The notes under the pieces were generated by a model. That model saw only the letters and a list, made by a program, of their open reading frames with translations, made no database searches and was not told the DNA's origin. A stretch of DNA of 64,000 nucleotides from an uncultured Bacilli bacterium (lineage in GTDB: Bacteria > Bacillota_I > Bacilli_A > RF39 > UBA660). The stretch covers positions 10,672-74,671 of the forward strand of contig CANQQP010000001.1 of the NCBI GenBank assembly GCA_947626055.1, given 5' to 3'. The position numbers were made by a program, and so were the translations under genes. The number at the start of each line of letters is the position of its first letter. The stretch's first letter is position 1. Of the stretch, positions 59,237-64,000 are shown in pieces.

Positions 59237-60922
59237 ATGGAAAAAATCAAAAAAAATTGGATATTAATTTTAGCTGTTTTAGTTTTAATTATTTCGGGTG
59301 TAGTTTATATTTATTTAGCCAATAGAGAACAAGTCGAAATTGAAACAGGTTTCGTACAAGGTAAAGTATCCTATACGTCTATAGATAAATATATTGATGG
59401 TATAATGTTAGCCAAAAAAGATGATCAATATTTAATAATTGATATTAATGATAAAATTATTGAAAAAATTGATAAAGAAGCGACCAATATTGAAATATTA
59501 TATGGCGGTTATTATACTTACACTTTAGGAGAACAAGTCTACTTAAATCGTAATGGCAAAAATATTAAGACATTTGCCACTTTATTTCAAGAAGAATATA
59601 ATTTATATAAAGATGAAAATGATGAAAATGCCTTATACATTACTTTAAATGCGAAAAAATTATTAAAAGATATGTATTATGTTACTATTTCCAATGATAA
59701 TAATATCAAAACCGTAATTTATAATGCGAAAACTGGTAAAAAATTGTATGAAACAGATAGCTATATTTCCTTACTTGAAACTCCCGAAATGAAAAATTAT
59801 GAATATTTTGTAGTTGGTGGTAAAGAATTAGTTCGAATTAGTGATTTTAAAACTATTTTTAAAGAGACCGATGTTAGTATCATTGGCGATAATAACCGTA
59901 CAGATGCCGAAGAAAATATTATAACATCTAGTAATAAGTTCATTGTTATAAGTAGTGTAAATAGTGCTGATGACACAATACGTTATGGTCTAATTGATTA
60001 TGAAGGTAATGTTGTTATTCCTATTTCTTATGAAGATCTTTTCTTTAAAGTAGATAATAATCGTTATATTGCAGCGAAAAAAGATGGTAAATATGGTTTA
60101 ATTAATAGTTTAAATGAGGAAGTATTAGATTTTTCTTATGATGCTATAGAAGTTTATGATAACAATATTGTTCTTGTTAAAAATCGTGAGTTAGGAGTAA
60201 TGAATAACGATTTAGGAATAATTTATAATTATAAGACTTCCGTATCGGATATTGAATACAATTCTCGTGTTTGTTGCGGAAATAATAATGCTTTTGAAGT
60301 TTTTAAACCTGATGATGGTTTAATAATCAGCACTTATCCTAAAAATAATGATGAAAATGATGGGCAAACTTTTAAAAATACCATTGTTGTTAATAAGAAA
60401 AATGAAGTAAAAGAATTAAAAGGAAAATTCTTAAAATATTTAGTGGATGAAGATGCGGTTATTAAAAATCGCTACTTATTAGAAGAAAAAATTGATGATA
60501 AAGCATTATCTTTAAGTATATATGATGATAAAGGCAATACTCTAGCTACATATGAAACAATCGTTTCGGATACTATTAATTCTATTTCTTATGAGCTTAC
60601 TAATGAAAATAATATTTTAATTGAAATATTTAATTCAGAATATAATTCTTTATATAAATCTTTAATAGAAGCTGATACGGGTAAAGTCATTGCGGAAAAC
60701 AATGAAATTTCCAATTACGTTAAGAAACAAGCTTTAGTTGATGGGTATTATTTTTATGGAAAAGATAATAATCTTACTATTAAAGATTCTAATGATAATA
60801 CGGTAATGTCGATTGAGGGTCAAGATATAATTTATTTAAATGGTAATTATTTTGCAGTGAAAAATAAAAATGGAAAATATTATATTTGTAAAGTGTTACT
60901 AAAAGAAGAGCAAGTTAAATAA
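59237..60922 (+). CDS. WG/KWG-repeat-containing membrane-anchored protein
   Basis: N-terminal TM helix, then repeated ..DGKYGLI(D/N)..G..V(I/L)..Y(D/E)..-type units (e.g. KDGKYGLINSLNEEVLDFSYDAIE). Confidence 0.55.
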   Translation: MEKIKKNWILILAVLVLIISGVVYIYLANREQVEIETGFVQGKVSYTSIDKYIDGIMLAKKDDQYLIIDINDKIIEKIDKEATNIEILYGGYYTYTLGEQVYLNRNGKNIKTFATLFQEEYNLYKDENDENALYITLNAKKLLKDMYYVTISNDNNIKTVIYNAKTGKKLYETDSYISLLETPEMKNYEYFVVGGKELVRISDFKTIFKETDVSIIGDNNRTDAEENIITSSNKFIVISSVNSADDTIRYGLIDYEGNVVIPISYEDLFFKVDNNRYIAAKKDGKYGLINSLNEEVLDFSYDAIEVYDNNIVLVKNRELGVMNNDLGIIYNYKTSVSDIEYNSRVCCGNNNAFEVFKPDDGLIISTYPKNNDENDGQTFKNTIVVNKKNEVKELKGKFLKYLVDEDAVIKNRYLLEEKIDDKALSLSIYDDKGNTLATYETIVSDTINSISYELTNENNILIEIFNSEYNSLYKSLIEADTGKVIAENNEISNYVKKQALVDGYYFYGKDNNLTIKDSNDNTVMSIEGQDIIYLNGNYFAVKNKNGKYYICKVLLKEEQVK

Positions 60923-60936
60923 TAACTTGTTTTTTT
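60911..60936 (+). terminator. Intrinsic terminator after the WG-repeat gene
   Basis: Stem caagtta/taacttg with loop aataa, then T7. Confidence 0.55.
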
Positions 60937-61018
60937 CTGGAAATTTTATGTAAAAAAGGCACAAAAAGGTAGTTTAAATAAAGTTAGTTTGTTATAATAG
61001 AACAGTTAGGAGGAAAAT

Positions 61019-63658
61019 ATGAAAAAATATGTTTATTTATTTAGTGAAGGAAACGCGCAAATGCGTGATTTACTTGGTGGTAAGGGAGCTAATCTTGCCG
61101 AAATGACAAATTTAGGTTTACCTATTCCCCAAGGCTTTACTGTTAGTACAGAAGCTTGTACAGAATATTATAATGATGGAAAGCAAATTTCCAAAGATAT
61201 TGAAGGGCAAATTTTTGATGCTTTAAAACAATTAGAAAAAATTCAAGGTAAAAAGTTTGGTGATAATGAAGATCCTCTATTAGTATCAGTTCGTTCAGGA
61301 GCTCGTGCTTCTATGCCTGGTATGATGGACACTATTTTAAATTTAGGTTTAAATGATGAAGCCGTAGAAGGATTTGCTAAAAAAACTAATAATCCTCGTT
61401 TTGCTTACGATTCTTATCGTCGTTTTATTCAAATGTATTCTGATGTAGTTATGGAAGTGCCAAAATCATACTTCGAAAAAATTATTGATGAGGTAAAAGA
61501 AGAAAAAGGAATTAAATATGATACAGAACTTACAGTTGATGATTTAAAAGAGTTAGTTGTAAGATTTAAAAAAGTTTATAAAGAAGCCATGAATGGGGAA
61601 GATTTCCCACAAGATGCTACTGAGCAATTAATGGGTGCTGTTAAAGCAGTATTTAGATCATGGGATAATCCAAGAGCTATTGTTTATCGTCGTATGAACG
61701 ATATTCCTGGCGACTGGGGAACTGCTGTTAATGTTCAAGCAATGGTATTTGGAAACATGGGTGATACATCTGGTACAGGTGTTGCCTTTACTCGTAATCC
61801 ATCTACTGGTGAAAAAGGTATTTATGGTGAATACTTAATTAACGCTCAAGGGGAAGATGTTGTTGCTGGTGTTCGTACACCATCACCAATAACTAAACTT
61901 GAACAAGATCTTCCAGAATGTTATCAAGAATTTATGAGTTTAGCGCAAAAACTTGAAGACCATTATCGTGATATGCAAGATATGGAATTTACTATTCAAG
62001 AAGGAAAATTATATTTTTTACAAACTAGAAATGGTAAAAGAACTGCCCAAGCTGCTATTCAAATTGCTTGTGATCTAGTAGATGAAGGAAAAATTACTGA
62101 AGAAGAAGCAGTAATGCGTATTGATGCTAAATCTTTAGATCAATTATTACACCCAACATTTAATAAAGAGGCTTTAGCTAAAGGGGAAGTAATAGGTGCT
62201 GGTCTTCCTGCCTCACCAGGAGCTGCGGCTGGTAAAATCGTTTTTACTGCTGAGGAAGCCAAAAAAGAAGGTATTGGTGGCAAAGGGGATAAAGTTGTTT
62301 TAGTTCGTCTAGAAACTACTCCTGAAGATATTGAAGGAATGGTTGCTTCTCAAGGTATTTTAACTGTTCGTGGCGGAATGACTTCTCATGCTGCTGTTGT
62401 CGCTCGTGGTATGGGTACTTGTTGTGTATCTGGTTGTGGTGACATTAAAATTGACGAAGAAAAAGAAGAATTTAGCTTAGGAGGCCAAACATTTAAGAAA
62501 GGCGATTATATTTCTTTAGATGGTACAACTGGTAATATTTATAAAGGGGAAATTGCCACTGAAGAAGCATCTGTATCTGGTAACTTCGGTCGTATTATGG
62601 AATGGGCTGATAAAGCACGTAAGCTAATTGTTCGTACAAATGCTGATAATCCACGAGATACCAAAAATGCCATTAATTTAGGTGCTGAAGGTATTGGTTT
62701 ATGCCGTACTGAGCATATGTTCTTTGATGAAGAGCGTATCCCGAAAATTCGTAAAATGATTTTATCTGAAACTGTTGAAGATAGAGAAAAAGCTTTAAGT
62801 GAGTTAATTCCTTTCCAAAAAGGTGATTTTAAAGCAATGTATAAAGAGTTAAAAGGATTACCTATGACAGTTCGTTATTTAGATCCACCTCTACATGAAT
62901 TTTTACCAACTGAAGAAGAGGATATCAAAGCTTTAGCCAAAGATATGGGTGTAAGTGTAGAGCATTTAAAACAAAAATGTGATGAATTACATGAATTTAA
63001 CCCAATGATGGGCCATCGTGGATGTCGTCTTGCGGTAACATATCCTGAAATTGCTAAAATGCAAACTCGTGCTTTAATGGAAGCTGCTATTGAAGTAAAA
63101 GAAGAAGATGGTTATGATATTGTTCCTGAAATCATGATACCTTTAGTAGGTGAGAAAAAAGAATTAAAATTTGTTAAGGACGTTGTTATTGAAACTGCTG
63201 AAGCTGTTAAGAAAGAAAAGAATTCGAATATTGAATATCATATTGGTACAATGATTGAAATTCCACGTGCGGCCTTACTTGCCGATGAGATAGCCGAAGA
63301 AGCGGAATTCTTCTCATTTGGTACAAATGATTTAACTCAAATGACATTTGGCTTCTCTAGAGATGATGCTGGTAAATTCTTAGATGCTTATTATGCTAAT
63401 AAGATTTACGAATCAGATCCATTTGCTAAATTAGATCAAAATGGCGTTGGTAAATTAGTTAAAATGGCAGTTGAAGGTGGACGTCAAACAAGACCTGATA
63501 TTAAATTAGGTATTTGTGGCGAACACGGAGGAGACCCTGCTTCTGTAGAATTCTGTCATAATATTGGTTTAACATATGTATCATGTTCACCATTTAGAGT
63601 GCCAATTGCTCGTTTAGCTGCTGCTCAAGCCGCTATTAAAGAAAAGAGTAGTAAATAA
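61019..63658 (+). CDS. ppdK: Pyruvate, phosphate dikinase
   Basis: 879 aa. N-terminal ATP-grasp, central phosphohistidine region (GGMTSHAAVVARG) and a C-terminal PEP-utilising TIM barrel (..NDLTQ...R). Confidence 0.95.
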   Translation: MKKYVYLFSEGNAQMRDLLGGKGANLAEMTNLGLPIPQGFTVSTEACTEYYNDGKQISKDIEGQIFDALKQLEKIQGKKFGDNEDPLLVSVRSGARASMPGMMDTILNLGLNDEAVEGFAKKTNNPRFAYDSYRRFIQMYSDVVMEVPKSYFEKIIDEVKEEKGIKYDTELTVDDLKELVVRFKKVYKEAMNGEDFPQDATEQLMGAVKAVFRSWDNPRAIVYRRMNDIPGDWGTAVNVQAMVFGNMGDTSGTGVAFTRNPSTGEKGIYGEYLINAQGEDVVAGVRTPSPITKLEQDLPECYQEFMSLAQKLEDHYRDMQDMEFTIQEGKLYFLQTRNGKRTAQAAIQIACDLVDEGKITEEEAVMRIDAKSLDQLLHPTFNKEALAKGEVIGAGLPASPGAAAGKIVFTAEEAKKEGIGGKGDKVVLVRLETTPEDIEGMVASQGILTVRGGMTSHAAVVARGMGTCCVSGCGDIKIDEEKEEFSLGGQTFKKGDYISLDGTTGNIYKGEIATEEASVSGNFGRIMEWADKARKLIVRTNADNPRDTKNAINLGAEGIGLCRTEHMFFDEERIPKIRKMILSETVEDREKALSELIPFQKGDFKAMYKELKGLPMTVRYLDPPLHEFLPTEEEDIKALAKDMGVSVEHLKQKCDELHEFNPMMGHRGCRLAVTYPEIAKMQTRALMEAAIEVKEEDGYDIVPEIMIPLVGEKKELKFVKDVVIETAEAVKKEKNSNIEYHIGTMIEIPRAALLADEIAEEAEFFSFGTNDLTQMTFGFSRDDAGKFLDAYYANKIYESDPFAKLDQNGVGKLVKMAVEGGRQTRPDIKLGICGEHGGDPASVEFCHNIGLTYVSCSPFRVPIARLAAAQAAIKEKSSK

Positions 63659-63748
63659 TAGTTAAAAAAGGGAAGATAATATTAACGTATACTATTTGAC
63701 ATTTTCATAAAAATATAGTATATTTATATTGCACTTGGGAAAGTGTGA

Positions 63749-63841
63749 AAATGTTTCTCGCTTCCGGGTGGCTAGCGAGTAATAAATAATCCTAGTCGAC
63801 AATGTTTCTCGCTTCCGGGTGGCTAGGCGAGTAATAAATAA
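63749..63841 (+). repeat. Tandem pair of 41/42-nt direct repeats, each containing a GC-rich hairpin followed by UAAUAAAUAAU
   Basis: Unit aatgtttctcgcttccgggtggctag(g)cgagtaataaataat occurs at 63749-63789 and 63800-63841, 51 nt apart. Each forms a stem ctcgct/agcgag with an 11-nt loop uccggguggcu. A third ttccgg motif follows at 63841-63846. Confidence 0.6.
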
Positions 63842-64000
63842 TTCCGGTTGAAAATGTAGAATAACTTCATCATTTAGATGGAGTTTTCTTTTGACAATAG
63901 GGAAGTTATGCTACACAAAATTTGTATAAAAACGTATTGACTTTATATAAAAATATATGCTATATTTTATATCAATTAGTATTTAAGAAACTTACGAAGC

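Noticed and set aside
63749-63841. Two 41-nt direct repeats as a possible CRISPR remnant
   Set aside because: Only two units, separated by 10 nt, each a self-contained hairpin with an AU tail. No cas genes. More consistent with a structured RNA or REP-like element.
1-64000. Search for rRNA, tRNA, tmRNA and CRISPR arrays
   Set aside because: No intergenic region shows tRNA-like cloverleaf features (GTTC..A / TΨC-loop patterns) or rRNA-like conserved blocks. The intergenic spaces are accounted for by promoters, leaders and terminators.

Overview
The window is a 64-kb chromosomal segment of a very AT-rich (about 29% GC) endospore-forming Firmicute. Evidence for that: spoIVB, spoIVA, a SpoVIF-like gene, a gerA-type germinant receptor operon, a PolC plus DnaE replicase pair and a PASTA Ser/Thr kinase. 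Most of it is conserved housekeeping: ileS, engB, der, hup, rplS, lepB, rpsB, tsf, fmt, rlmN, stp/prkC, rsgA, rpe, rpmB, ruvX, mltG, murF, greA, tig, dnaE, polC, a xerD-like recombinase and ppdK, with many clean intrinsic terminators and several consensus sigma-A promoters. The main accessory or unusual content is: (1) a complete type III toxin-antitoxin / abortive-infection locus of the ToxIN/AbiQ type, with about 3.3 tandem 35-nt RNA repeats, a terminator and a ToxN/AbiQ endoribonuclease gene, inserted between a Mug-like DNA glycosylase gene and engB. (2) A T-box leader with an apparent Ile (AUC) specifier that precedes a Fic-family gene translationally coupled (TAATG) to ileS. (3) A roughly 5-kb decaying accessory island between an RlmCD-like methyltransferase gene and fmt. 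It holds a DUF1016/YhcG PD-(D/E)XK nuclease gene broken by a 1-nt deletion, an MmcQ/YjbR-like gene, and three tandem paralogous small genes that share an N-terminal motif, one of them interrupted by an in-frame TAA. A start-less gene remnant lies on the opposite strand. (4) A ribosomal protein S2 with a lysine/glutamate-rich C-terminal extension ending in a Rho_N-like motif. (5) A solo type IV prepilin-like gene. (6) A divergent pair of XRE regulators next to spoVIF/spoIVA. (7) A tandem pair of GC-rich hairpin repeats downstream of ppdK. No rRNA, tRNA, CRISPR array or clear mobile element was found. All calls are from reading the sequence and recalled family motifs; no database searches were run.
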